This document shows positions 9,466-19,123 of a stretch of 64,000 nucleotides of DNA, one piece after another (position 1 is the stretch's first letter; each line of letters begins with the position of its first letter). The DNA is from Acidilobaceae archaeon (lineage in GTDB: Archaea > Thermoproteota > Thermoprotei_A > Sulfolobales > Acidilobaceae), in assembly GCA_038897215.1 (NCBI GenBank), contig JAWAWX010000001.1, positions 448,001 to 512,000 on the forward strand, read 5' to 3'. Position numbers and translations under genes: made by a program. The notes under the pieces are model-generated. The model saw only the letters and a list, made by a program, of their open reading frames with translations. It ran no database searches and was not told where the DNA came from.

Positions 9466-10194
9466 GTGCGCGTAATGGCTCTAAAGCTCGAGTCCGTGTC
9501 TCCCCTGATAGGCTCTGACGTAGAGGACGTCTATGGGAGAGTCGTCGGCACTCTGGTCTGCGTCACGAGCGATATGAATGGTAACGTTAAGAGCGTCGAC
9601 ATAAAGATAGCGGATAGAGCTATAGAGACCGTGCCGGCTGAGAGACTGACTCTAAGAGATGGGAAGCTCGTGGTGATCCCCTCCTGGAGGCATGTCGCCA
9701 CGACTGTCATAGAGGCTCTAGATAGAGCCTATAGGAGGAGGAGAGCTCTAGACACTATGGCCTCCTCGGACCTTCCCGGGGAGATCGTGGAGAGCTATAA
9801 GAGGAGCATAGCCGAGGAGATTAGAGAGCTAAAGGTTAGAGCAGAGGAGGCTAAGAAAGCGATCAAGGATAGGCTCGCGTCGCTCGAAGACGAGGCTCTA
9901 GCTGTGGCGAAAGCCATAGCCAGCCTCCAGATCCTCTACTTCAGCGGAGAGGTCTCAGAGAAGGTCTACAACCAGAGCATGAACCACCTCAGGAAGATGA
10001 GAGACAAGATAACAGAGGAGAAGAACGACGCCAAGAGAGTCCTGGACAAGCTGGAGAAGACTCTGGAGGCTGCTCTGGCTCCAGCTCCCAGAGAGGAGGC
10101 TAAACAGCAACCACAACAACAACCCCAACAGCAACAGCAACGGCCTCCAACTCAGCAGCCTCAGCCGATACTAGTCAAGGTCGAGGAGGCATAG
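9466..10194 (+). CDS. cdvA: cell division protein CdvA
   Basis: N-terminal PRC barrel (IGSDVEDVYGRVVG), coiled coil, Q/P-rich linker, C-terminal PILVKV strand. Confidence 0.85.
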   Translation: MRVMALKLESVSPLIGSDVEDVYGRVVGTLVCVTSDMNGNVKSVDIKIADRAIETVPAERLTLRDGKLVVIPSWRHVATTVIEALDRAYRRRRALDTMASSDLPGEIVESYKRSIAEEIRELKVRAEEAKKAIKDRLASLEDEALAVAKAIASLQILYFSGEVSEKVYNQSMNHLRKMRDKITEEKNDAKRVLDKLEKTLEAALAPAPREEAKQQPQQQPQQQQQRPPTQQPQPILVKVEEA

Positions 10195-10208
10195 CTACTC
10201 TCAGCACG

Positions 10209-11537
10209 CTACAGCAGGTAAAAGGCTAGAGCTAAGAACGTGCAGTACACGACAACATTCACTAGAGTCACTAGAGCCCCTACTCTCAGGAACTCTTTGA
10301 ACGTGATAGTAGACCCCATTCTTGACTCCAGGTACTCTAGTATTATTATGTTGGAGGCGGCCCCGAAGAGAGTCAGGTTTCCCGCTATGGTCGTAGCCAT
10401 AGCGAGCGCTATCCAGGCGTGGGCATCTCCTTCAGTATAGCCTAGGTCGTGCATGTATTTCAGCATGAGCTGAGCGAAGGGCACGTTGCTGACTAGCTGG
10501 CTACCGATCACCGAGAGAGCCGTTATCAGTAGCAGGTCTGTCACCACGCTGTCGCTCCTAGATGGTAGCAGTAGAGATAGAAGAGGGTTTAGAGCCCCGC
10601 TCCTCCAGACTCCCTCCATGGATATGAACATGGCTATGAAGAAGACTACTGTGCCCCAGTCTACCCCGCCGATCACTCTACGAGGCTCGCTCGCGAGCAC
10701 GTAGAGAGCTGAGGCGACCAGGAAGGGTAGGAAGCCTCTGTGAGTGACGTGCGGCAAGCCTAGGAGCTCCAGCACGTCGTTGGCTACCAGTAGAGCGATG
10801 GATGCCACGAGCCCTACTAGAGCTAGCGCTGCGTCGCGCTTATTCCTTATCTGCTCTTGAGGTACTACCAGCAACCCCCCGGTTCTCCTCAGCTTAACCC
10901 CGTAGACCTTCATCAGGATATACGGGGTTATCAGTAAGTTCAAGAGCGTGGGTATGGAGAGGTACAGCACGAACTTGAGGAAGGGAGCCTGCAAGCCGGA
11001 CCCCGTGGCTATCAAGACGTTCTGAGGATTCCCTATAGGGGTCATGACCGAGCCTATGGTAAGCGAGAAAGCCAGCAGTAAAAACATGGCCGTGGGGTTC
11101 ACTCCGAGAGCTCTAGCTACAGTGTAGGCTATAGGGGGGCCTACGAGAGCAACGGTATCGTTCATAGCCACTGCGGCGAGGACGCCGAAGAAGAGCGAAG
11201 AAGCATAGACCAGGAGCACGGGTGACCTGAACAGGCTGATGAACCACGCCGCTATAGCAGAGAGGAGGCCCGACGACTCGGCTAAGCTGACTATGCTGAA
11301 CATGCCTATCAGGAAGAGGATCACGTCTAGGTTTATGGCAGTACCGAGCTCATCTAGAGGGACGAGCCCGGATACTACTGCAGTAAACGAGGCGAAAGCC
11401 ATGATGCTCCAAACAGGGGTCCGAGGTCTCCTGCTTCTGACGACTAGAGACACTATGATCATAGCTATTATCAGCCATCCGGCGACGACACTGTAGTTCA
11501 CGCTCTCTCCCCCCAGTCCGAGAGCAGCTGCAATCAA
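10209..11537 (-). CDS. ArsB/NhaD (ion transporter superfamily) anion permease
   Basis: MNDTVAL, GSVMTPIGNPQNVLIA, SNVP, TIAGNLTLFGAASNIII; about 11 TM segments. Confidence 0.9.
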   Translation of the reverse strand: MIAAALGLGGESVNYSVVAGWLIIAMIIVSLVVRSRRPRTPVWSIMAFASFTAVVSGLVPLDELGTAINLDVILFLIGMFSIVSLAESSGLLSAIAAWFISLFRSPVLLVYASSLFFGVLAAVAMNDTVALVGPPIAYTVARALGVNPTAMFLLLAFSLTIGSVMTPIGNPQNVLIATGSGLQAPFLKFVLYLSIPTLLNLLITPYILMKVYGVKLRRTGGLLVVPQEQIRNKRDAALALVGLVASIALLVANDVLELLGLPHVTHRGFLPFLVASALYVLASEPRRVIGGVDWGTVVFFIAMFISMEGVWRSGALNPLLSLLLPSRSDSVVTDLLLITALSVIGSQLVSNVPFAQLMLKYMHDLGYTEGDAHAWIALAMATTIAGNLTLFGAASNIIILEYLESRMGSTITFKEFLRVGALVTLVNVVVYCTFLALAFYLL

Positions 11538-11699
11538 GCGTAAGCGAGGCTCTCGGTGAGGTTCAAAAGCTTAGCGCTAGCGCTTAGATCTACTGAAGCT
11601 ACTCTAATCGCTCTTCTAGAAGACAGTCTCGCTAGCTCTTAAAGCCTCGGAGAGCTGGAGGAGCGGGAGACTACGGGTGGAGGCTGGAGGGGGTGCTTT

Positions 11700-11972
11700 G
11701 TGAGCTCTAAGAGAGAGAAGCAGGCGCCTCGGAGAGTCGAGCCGAGAGACCTGGTTGAAGCTATGCTGACACCCGAGCTTCTCGAGAGAGCTTCGAGAGA
11801 GCTGTTGAAGGAGCCCGTAGTGACTCCTTTTAGAGCAGCTCAGAAGCTGGGAGTCAAGGTGTCTACTGCTAGGAGATTGCTAGCTAGGTTAGCTGAATCC
11901 GGTCTCTTGAAGCCAGCTGGGGGGACTAGGAGAGCTAGGCTCTACGTGCCCGCTCGAGAGGTCAAAGCTTAA
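11700..11972 (+). CDS. rps25e: 30S ribosomal protein S25e
   Basis: VVTPFRAAQKLGVKVSTARRLL winged helix, RRARLYVP. Confidence 0.85.
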   Translation: MSSKREKQAPRRVEPRDLVEAMLTPELLERASRELLKEPVVTPFRAAQKLGVKVSTARRLLARLAESGLLKPAGGTRRARLYVPAREVKA

Positions 11973-11977
11973 CCGCC

Positions 11978-12859
11978 ATGGCTTTGAAGGTTCTCGTAGC
12001 TGGGCTCTATCACCTAGACTCGGGCAAGACCGTCTTAGCCTCTAGTCTAGTCTACGCTCTGAGAAGAGAGGGCTTCAAGGCGGTTGGCTTCAAGCCCTTG
12101 GGCGTTACTGAGCTCTGGAGCTATCCCCGTATTCTCGAGGAGTCTGTGAGAGCGGGAGCGCTCGTAACTAGAGACGGTCTAGCTCTCTACAAGGCTACAG
12201 GAGCCTTCAACCCCATAGTCTTGAACCCCGTTGGAGGGATAGCTGTGCCTCTAGACCCGAGAGTCTTCGAGTGGAGAGAGAGCCTGATGGACGCCGCTCT
12301 AAGCAACCCCTATTCCCGCATGGCTCTAGCTAGAGTGACTTTCTGCACTATGGAGGCTCCTGCTTCGAGGCACTTCTTCAACCAGGCGGCGTGCGCTAGA
12401 ACAGCTAGGAGTGTGAGGGAGGAGGTAGAGGAAGCAGCGATACTACTTAGACCGATGCCGGAGCACACTACTCCAAGAGGGTTAGCCGAGCTATTCGAGA
12501 ACGAGGGGGGAGCTGCTGCCGACTCCTGCCTAGACGCTGTCTCGGAGAAAGCCGAGGTAGTCGTGGCGGAGTCTAACTCCGATATAGCTGCTCCCACGAG
12601 GAGACTGGCCAGCCCAGACCTAGTAGTCCTCGTGGCTCGCAACGTGGCGGCTCTAGTGAACGGGCTCAGGTACTCTAAGGCTGTGGAGCTCAGGATGAGG
12701 CAGGGGAAGCCGTGGACTGTCTCAACTAGAGAGATAGCGAGCCTCCTAGCCCCCCAGAGGGTAGTCGAGCTACCGCTGAAGAGCGACCCGAGCGAGGGGT
12801 ACTCGGCGAGCGAGATAGAGGAGATAGTAGAGGAGGTTAAAAGCCTGGCTAGAAGATAG
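11978..12859 (+). CDS. predicted P-loop ATPase (archaeal family)
   Basis: LVAGLYHLDSGKT, VGFKP, VVAESNSDIAAP. Confidence 0.8.
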   Translation: MALKVLVAGLYHLDSGKTVLASSLVYALRREGFKAVGFKPLGVTELWSYPRILEESVRAGALVTRDGLALYKATGAFNPIVLNPVGGIAVPLDPRVFEWRESLMDAALSNPYSRMALARVTFCTMEAPASRHFFNQAACARTARSVREEVEEAAILLRPMPEHTTPRGLAELFENEGGAAADSCLDAVSEKAEVVVAESNSDIAAPTRRLASPDLVVLVARNVAALVNGLRYSKAVELRMRQGKPWTVSTREIASLLAPQRVVELPLKSDPSEGYSASEIEEIVEEVKSLARR

Positions 12860-12864
12860 AGAGG

Positions 12865-12942
12865 CTGGAATGTGGAGAGCCGTGTCCTCGATTTGAGAGG
12901 CGAGAGCCGATGAAGAGCTCTGGGGTATCCGAAGAAAACCAG
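12865..12942 (+). ncRNA. candidate box C/D guide sRNA
   Basis: intergenic; degenerate C ATGTGGA 12870-76, D' TTGA 12893-96, C' ATGAAGA 12910-16, D CCGA 12929-32, terminal CTGG/CCAG pairing. Confidence 0.4.
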
Positions 12943-13023
12943 GCTGTAGTCCTAAATGCTGTCACGATAGAGAAGGAGGGTGGGGAGAGAGCGTAAAGCT
13001 AGCCTGACGAGAGCTTAGCCGAG

Positions 13024-13737
13024 TTATTCTTCTTCTGCTTCCTCAGCTTCTGGTGCCTCCTCGAGCTCTGCCCTGACTAGCGCCTTGATCTCCCTCAAGA
13101 TCTTGTCTGCTTCTCTGTACTCGACGTTAGTGGCTCTGGCTAGGAGCTGGCTTATGTTGGTCTTCATGAAGTCGTCTAAGCTTCCAGTATAGTCCATAGC
13201 GGTCCTCCTGAGCACTAGTGGAGTAGGCTCTAAGACAGCTCCTCTCACTATAGCTTTGGCTTCGTTGACGGGAGTCGCTATTAGAGCGCCAACATCTCTT
13301 CCCTTGTATCTCACTAGGTACACTATGTCTCCGCTAGCTAGCTCTATGGCTTTCTCCGCCTCGAAGGCTATCGCCTCAGCTACAAGCCTCTTAGCTATGG
13401 ATTTGACGTCGCTAACCACTCTATCGACTTCGGCTTGAGGAACAGACCTCCAGAGCTGTACTTGGAGCTTTTCTAGCTCCCAGATTATCCTGCCCTCTTC
13501 TACCCTGTAGTCGACCGCTACTCTGACCACGTCTCCCTTCTCTGTCTTCAGTCTATCGACGAGGATCTCGTAGAGTATCCTGTTAAGCTCTCCCGCTGCT
13601 CTAGCTACCTCCTGGGAGGTTATCTCGCCGCTCTTGACTAAGTCTCTTGTCTGAGCGAAGAGCGTTCTCCTAACCTTGTCCGCGTAGGCTCCAGCGATAA
13701 CTAGCCCTGTTCTGAGAGTTCTAGTGTGAGAAGTCAT
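13024..13737 (-). CDS. DUF2258 / ThermoDBP-related ssDNA/RNA-binding protein
   Basis: LRTGLVIAGAYADKVRRTLFAQ, RAAGELN, KGDVVRV signature. Confidence 0.88.
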   Translation of the reverse strand: MTSHTRTLRTGLVIAGAYADKVRRTLFAQTRDLVKSGEITSQEVARAAGELNRILYEILVDRLKTEKGDVVRVAVDYRVEEGRIIWELEKLQVQLWRSVPQAEVDRVVSDVKSIAKRLVAEAIAFEAEKAIELASGDIVYLVRYKGRDVGALIATPVNEAKAIVRGAVLEPTPLVLRRTAMDYTGSLDDFMKTNISQLLARATNVEYREADKILREIKALVRAELEEAPEAEEAEEE

Positions 13738-13814
13738 TTCGGCTCACCGCCGGGTAGATCTCTACTACTGCCTAGAGCTTAAAGGGATTAAGTCGTGGAG
13801 GCTTCTCGCATCGC

Positions 13815-14531
13815 TTAGAGAACGCAGTCTGCTAGAGCTGAGACAGAGTCTACTCTTAGAGAGTTCTCCTCGAGGTTGAGGACTAGATTCGTTGCTCTCA
13901 GCTCGACTCCGCTCTCGACCGCTCTCCTAACCGCGCTCGCGATCTCGGGGAATCTGCTACAGTAGAAGCCAGCTCTTCTGACTCTAGGATGGCTGGCTAC
14001 CAGGACTAGGATGGCTCTGAAGCCTCTCTTAGCTATCTCGAGGAGAGTCAATACATGCCTAAGCCCTCTCTCGGTAGGAGCGTCTGGGTAGGCTGCCGTC
14101 TCTCCAGCTAGTGCTAGAGCGCTCTTGGCTTCAAGGTAGGCTAGCGATTCTCCGCAGGAGAGCTCAAAGTCGAGAGTAGAGCCGTAGAGTCTAGGCTTTC
14201 TCCTTCTGAGAGAGCAGTCGCTAAGCCACGGTATCAGCTTGGATGAGATGGCTCTCTCGAGAGCTCTCTCGTGGGCCATCGTGTCTACTATAGACCAGCC
14301 TCCCTCCAGCTCGACAGCGACCAGCCTGAGCCCGAGCTCGCCACTACTAGGAGAGCAGAGAGCAAGCCTCCCGGGCTCTAGGACTCCCTCGAGTCTCCCA
14401 GTGTTCGCGACTAGAGCTCTAGCCGTGGTCTCGCGCCACTCGACTAGAGCGACGAGTCTACTCGGTCTGCTCAGCACTCTACAAGAGTGTAGCTCGAGGA
14501 GACTCAGCTCGCTCAACTTAATCGAGCCCAT
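13815..14531 (-). CDS. sfsA: SfsA family nuclease (sugar fermentation stimulation protein)
   Basis: NTGRLE, LDF, YLEAKS, AYPDAPTERGLRHV. Confidence 0.88.
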   Translation of the reverse strand: MGSIKLSELSLLELHSCRVLSRPSRLVALVEWRETTARALVANTGRLEGVLEPGRLALCSPSSGELGLRLVAVELEGGWSIVDTMAHERALERAISSKLIPWLSDCSLRRRKPRLYGSTLDFELSCGESLAYLEAKSALALAGETAAYPDAPTERGLRHVLTLLEIAKRGFRAILVLVASHPRVRRAGFYCSRFPEIASAVRRAVESGVELRATNLVLNLEENSLRVDSVSALADCVL

Positions 14532-14553
14532 CCTGGAGCGCCTCCCGAGAGTT

Positions 14554-15711
14554 CTACCTCTTCTTGACTAAAAGCATGCTGACGAAAAACCCCGGGGTCC
14601 CATCGAGATGAGGAGAGAACCTGTACCCGTAGCCCGTGTCTCTCCCCCTGGCTCTAGGCCTGAAGTCTGGCTCTTCCAGCTCGAAGCCGAGGCTTAGAGC
14701 GTACTCTACCACTGCCTCGTTCTCCACGTCTGTGAGAGTACACGTAGAGTACACTAGCCTGCCCCCCTTCCTCAAGACTCTGTAGGCTTCTCTCACGAAC
14801 TGCAACTGGTACCTTGCTGCGGAGACTGACTCTCTGAGAGTCCTCCTATCGTAGACCTTGGGGATCACGCCTATGTCTGTGCAAGGGGGGTCTACGAGGA
14901 CCGCGTCTACTCTACCTGAGAGGTCTCCTAGGAGCTCTGAGGCTCTCCTAGAGTCTCCTCCGATGACTTTGACCCAGCTTGCTCCAAGCTTTCTCAGAGT
15001 GTTCTCGAGCTTCTCCACCTTGCTGGGTCTATCGACCCCCACTATGGTCGCTCGGGGCCCTGCTAGCTGAGCCACGTGCCCTATCTTGCCTCCAGGAGCA
15101 GCATTGAAGTCTACTATCACCTCTCCCGGCTTGGGGTTCAGGATTCTGGCTACGTACATAGACGTGATGGATTGCCCGTAGGAGAGCTCCCCGTAGCCGG
15201 GTAGCTCCGAGACTCTCGGGGCTCTGTAGACTGGCTCCGTGACTCTGACGAAGAGACCCCTCTTCCTCCTAGCTGCCTCCTCCCAGCTCGTTACCGCGAC
15301 TCCCGAGCCTACGGGGACCCCGTTGGGGGAGTATATCGTGACAGAGTCTCCTTCTCTTACGCCGCGCGCCTCCAGGACGCCGGGAGCGTAGAGGTCGCTA
15401 CCCATGAGGACAGACTCGCTAGCATTCTTGTCTGCCACTACTGCCTTATCGTACACGGTTATCCCCTGGGGGCCCTCCACGGGGGTCCACAGCGCCTCCT
15501 CTATCTCCTCGTCTCTCCTGAAGTCTAGACCGAGCGACCTCAAGAGCTCCAGGTATCTCTCAGGGCTGGTCTTGAGGGTATTTACTCTAACATAGAGACG
15601 GGGCGCTGGTCTCGTGAGACTCTCGAGGAGCCTGCAGAGAGGCCCAGAGGCTGAGTCGAGAACCTCGAGTAACCCCACGTCGTACTCTAGAGGAGTCCCA
15701 CAGGCTCCCAT
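14554..15711 (-). CDS. RsmB/NOP2-family RNA m5C methyltransferase with PUA domain
   Basis: RVNTLK, PUA (GSDLYAPGV), DFNAAPGGK, LVDPPCT, VYSTCT. Confidence 0.93.
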   Translation of the reverse strand: MGACGTPLEYDVGLLEVLDSASGPLCRLLESLTRPAPRLYVRVNTLKTSPERYLELLRSLGLDFRRDEEIEEALWTPVEGPQGITVYDKAVVADKNASESVLMGSDLYAPGVLEARGVREGDSVTIYSPNGVPVGSGVAVTSWEEAARRKRGLFVRVTEPVYRAPRVSELPGYGELSYGQSITSMYVARILNPKPGEVIVDFNAAPGGKIGHVAQLAGPRATIVGVDRPSKVEKLENTLRKLGASWVKVIGGDSRRASELLGDLSGRVDAVLVDPPCTDIGVIPKVYDRRTLRESVSAARYQLQFVREAYRVLRKGGRLVYSTCTLTDVENEAVVEYALSLGFELEEPDFRPRARGRDTGYGYRFSPHLDGTPGFFVSMLLVKKR

Positions 15712-15724
15712 CGAGCCCCCGTCT

Positions 15725-16681
15725 CTAGAAGATAGCGTGGCTTATCCTAGCCGCTACTCTCCTCGAGACCTCGTCTATCTTGAGCCAGTCGCTGTAGGAT
15801 AGGCTCCAGCCTACTGCTCCAGCGTTCTCTCTGACTTGCTCTGGGGTCTTGGCTCCCGGTATGGGGACTATTGCGTCGCTGTAGGCTATGAGCCAGTTGA
15901 GAGCTACCTGAGCAGGGGTCTTCCCGTACCTGGCTCCGACTTCTCTCAAGACCTCTACTAGCTCGAGTATAGCCTGGTAGTTCTCTCTGGAGAAGAGGGG
16001 GCTCCCAGCTCTAAAGTCTCCTAGTCTGCTGATATCGTCTAGCGAGTACTTCCCCGTGAGAGCTCCCTTAGCTAGAGGGCTCCAAGCCATGACCGTCATC
16101 CCGTTGGCTTCAGCGTAGGGTATGTGCTCCTCCTCTGCTTCTCTCTCGACGAGGTTGAACTTGACCTGCAAGACCTCGATATCAGCTCTAGCTAGACACT
16201 GCCTAGCCGCTTCAACCAGCTCTACTGGGTAGTCGCTGAGACCGAGGTAGCCCACCTTGCCTAGAGCCACGAGCCTCTCTAGTGCTCTCATGTAGCTACA
16301 CGTCGGCACATGGTCCCAGCAGGGGGGCCAGTGGACTAGGAGGACGTCCACGTCGTCTACCTGGAGCCTCTGAAGCGATCTCTCGACAGCTCTAGGTATA
16401 TCTCTAGGTCTCAGGAACTCTCCGGGTATCTTCGTGGCTATGACTACCTCGTCTCTCTTCACCTGGAGCTCTCTCAGAGCTCTCCCTATGAAGCTCTCGC
16501 TGAGCCCATCCCCGTAGACCATTGCTGTGTCTATGAAGTTCACTCCCTGCCTTACAGCCTCCTCAATCACAGCTTTGGCTTTAGAGTAATCAACTAGCCC
16601 CCACGTCTCGCTAAACTGCCAGGTCCCCAGACCTATCCTGGAGATCTTGAGGTCCGTGGTTCCAAGGAGAGTGTACTCCAA
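15725..16681 (-). CDS. aldo/keto reductase
   Basis: IGLGTWQ, DTAMVYG, IATK, HWP, WSPLAKG, PIPGA. Confidence 0.95.
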   Translation of the reverse strand: MEYTLLGTTDLKISRIGLGTWQFSETWGLVDYSKAKAVIEEAVRQGVNFIDTAMVYGDGLSESFIGRALRELQVKRDEVVIATKIPGEFLRPRDIPRAVERSLQRLQVDDVDVLLVHWPPCWDHVPTCSYMRALERLVALGKVGYLGLSDYPVELVEAARQCLARADIEVLQVKFNLVEREAEEEHIPYAEANGMTVMAWSPLAKGALTGKYSLDDISRLGDFRAGSPLFSRENYQAILELVEVLREVGARYGKTPAQVALNWLIAYSDAIVPIPGAKTPEQVRENAGAVGWSLSYSDWLKIDEVSRRVAARISHAIF

Positions 16682-16728
16682 CCCCCCGCACCCCCTACTT
16701 TCTCTCCCCGCTTTTAGCTCGGCTCGCG

Positions 16729-17175
16729 CTATATCGGCTTTACTGGCTGCTCTGCTCCGCAGGCTTCGCAGACCAGCGTCCAGACTCTCCCTCTCTTCTC
16801 TATTCTGGTATCTATGCTATTGCATGTAGGGCATCTCACGTATAGCTTCTCGAAGTTCTCAAGGATCTTCTTCAGAACCTTTCCTGATATCCTCATGTTG
16901 AGCACTAGCTGAGAGCTCTCCGAGTCGTAGTAGCCTCCTGTAGCGAGTTCTTTCAAGAGATACCTGGCTACCAGCTCGGGGTCTCTCTTGAGTGGTGCAG
17001 CGAGCTCTCTCAGATTCCTCACTATAGCCTGGTTGCCCGCGATCACCACCTCCGGGTCTGGAATGACTAGGCCCGATGTCCCGCTTCTTGGAGGCACCTT
17101 CTTGTAGAGCCTGCTCAGAAGCCACTCGTAGTTTCTGAGTAGAGCGAGACTAGAGCCTCTCGAAGTCTCAGACAA
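16729..17175 (-). CDS. eif2b: translation initiation factor aIF2 beta subunit
   Basis: YEWLLSRLY helix, RDP..YLLKELAT, CPTC-x-CEACGA zinc ribbon. Confidence 0.93.
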   Translation of the reverse strand: MSETSRGSSLALLRNYEWLLSRLYKKVPPRSGTSGLVIPDPEVVIAGNQAIVRNLRELAAPLKRDPELVARYLLKELATGGYYDSESSQLVLNMRISGKVLKKILENFEKLYVRCPTCNSIDTRIEKRGRVWTLVCEACGAEQPVKPI

Positions 17176-17289
17176 CCCTGAGAGACACCCCCGAGGAGGC
17201 TTTCTGCGAGAAGCAGAGGTATTAACTTGGAGCTCTCAACGCTTTTTATAGGTCTCCACGCTGATACTGTTAGAGGAGGCGGCTGAAGT

Positions 17290-17745
17290 ACGAGCAGAGC
17301 TCGAGACCTCCTCGAGAAGAGATACGAGGAAGAGGTTAGGAGGATAGCTAGATTCTGGCCTGTGGAGATGGTCACTCTTAGAGAGGCATCGAAGGGGAGA
17401 AGGTTTGTCAAGCTTCAGACGGGCGATGTCCACGAGTTCGACTCAAGCGAGGTTGGTGAAGTGCTTTCCAGAGTCCCCGTCTACCTCTGGGATCTAGTCA
17501 AGCTACCCATAATCCTGAAGTATAGGAGGTTCGATGACGGGACTTGCGAGGTGAGAGTTGAGGGAGACGTGTGGCAGAAGAGGCTGGTCGAGATTCTGCT
17601 AAAGGGCTCCATGTCTTCAACGGGGATCGAGAAGCTAGACTCTGAAAGCTTCAGAGCTCTCCTCTCGAGATACAAGACTCTAATCTTCATAGGCTTAGCT
17701 GGCTTAGAGGAGTCGCTTGAATCGAGTAGAGTAGAGGAGGCTTAA
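17290..17745 (+). CDS. DUF61 family protein
   Basis: VTLRE..G..HEFD..E, VKLPIIL pattern. The ORF track starts at 17362, but the frame extends to an ACG at 17290 (see findings). Confidence 0.75.
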   Translation, partial: TSRARDLLEKRYEEEVRRIARFWPVEMVTLREASKGRRFVKLQTGDVHEFDSSEVGEVLSRVPVYLWDLVKLPIILKYRRFDDGTCEVRVEGDVWQKRLVEILLKGSMSSTGIEKLDSESFRALLSRYKTLIFIGLAGLEESLESSRVEEA

Positions 17746-17788
17746 AGAGTCCTCGGTCTCCAGGCTCCGTAGATGTGGTGAGCTCTGC

Positions 17789-19123
17789 TTGCACAAAGAG
17801 AGATTCATAGAGGAGATCGTCCGGGGCTCGCGAGGCCTCATAGGGAGCACTATCAGAGTCTGCGGCTGGGTTCACAGAATCAGAGACATCGGGGGGGTCA
17901 AGTTCGTAGTGCTGAGAGATAGAACAGGCTTCATCCAGGCTGTCGCCAAGAGAGGAGAGGCTCCCGAGAGCGTTCTCGAAGTGTTCTCCGGCCTGAGAGA
18001 GGAGTCCGTGGTGTGCGTAGAGGGGGTTCTAAGAGAAGCCCCTACGAGAGAGGGCTGCGAGATAGCGGTCTCTAGCGCTCGAATCCTCTCGACCCCCATC
18101 GAGCCTCTCCCACTAGACGTGAGGACATCGAGGAGAGCCGGTCTAGCTACCAGGCTGAGGTATAGGTGGCTCGACGCCAGGAACCCGGAGGTTCAGTCGA
18201 TATTCATCCTCAAGGCGTGGGTCGCGTCTAAGTTCAGAGAATACTTCGCCAAGCACGGCTTCGTGGAGGTCTTCACACCAAAGATCGTGGCCGCTGGCAC
18301 CGAAGGCGGCGCCAACGTGTTCCCGGTGATATACTTCGGGAGGACCGTCTACCTCGCTCAAAGCCCCCAGCTCTACAAGCAGATGGCTGTCTTAGCGGGC
18401 TTCGAGAGAGTCTTCGAGATAGGCCCCGTCTACAGAGCTGAGCCTCATAACACCACGAGGCACTTGAACGAGTACCACTCTCTAGACATAGAGGTCGGGT
18501 TCATCGAATCCCACGAGGATGTCATGAAGTACGTGGAGGGATTCTTCGTAGAGCTCTCTAAATCAATGGCTGAAGACGAGCGCGTAGCTAGAATACTGGA
18601 GATGCATGGAGTCGAGCCTCCTCGAGCTCCACCCGGGGGGTTCCCTAGGATAAGGATGAGAGAGGCCTACGAGATCCTGGAGAGAGAGTACGGGAAGAGA
18701 GTGCCCTACGGGGAGGACCTTGATAGCGAGGCAGAGAAGCTCATAGGCGAGTACGCTAGAGAGAGGTACGGCTCGGACTTCGTCTTCGTGACAGAGTACC
18801 CCTGGAGAGTCCGCCCATTCTACGCTATGAGGAAGGAGGACGAGCCAGACTGGACTCTCAGCTTCGACCTGATAATGAGAGGCGTAGAGGTCGCGACCGG
18901 GGGGCAGAGAGAGCACAGATACGAGAGGCTCCTCGAGAACATCAAAGACAAAGGCTTGAACCCCGAGGACTTCCAGTTCTACCTAGACTTCTTCAAGCAC
19001 GGAGCCCCGCCACACGGGGGAGCGGGCATCGGCCTAGAGAGGATAGTGATGCAGACTCTGGGACTGCAGAACATAAGAGAAGCCAGGCTCCTGCCGAGAG
19101 ACCTCGAGAGGCTAACCCCCTAG
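17789..19123 (+). CDS. aspS: aspartyl-tRNA synthetase, probably non-discriminating (Asp/Asn)
   Basis: OB fold GWVHRIRD (His typical of non-discriminating enzymes), LAQSPQLYKQ, YRAE..HLNE, PPHGGAGIGLER. Confidence 0.96.
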   Translation: MHKERFIEEIVRGSRGLIGSTIRVCGWVHRIRDIGGVKFVVLRDRTGFIQAVAKRGEAPESVLEVFSGLREESVVCVEGVLREAPTREGCEIAVSSARILSTPIEPLPLDVRTSRRAGLATRLRYRWLDARNPEVQSIFILKAWVASKFREYFAKHGFVEVFTPKIVAAGTEGGANVFPVIYFGRTVYLAQSPQLYKQMAVLAGFERVFEIGPVYRAEPHNTTRHLNEYHSLDIEVGFIESHEDVMKYVEGFFVELSKSMAEDERVARILEMHGVEPPRAPPGGFPRIRMREAYEILEREYGKRVPYGEDLDSEAEKLIGEYARERYGSDFVFVTEYPWRVRPFYAMRKEDEPDWTLSFDLIMRGVEVATGGQREHRYERLLENIKDKGLNPEDFQFYLDFFKHGAPPHGGAGIGLERIVMQTLGLQNIREARLLPRDLERLTP

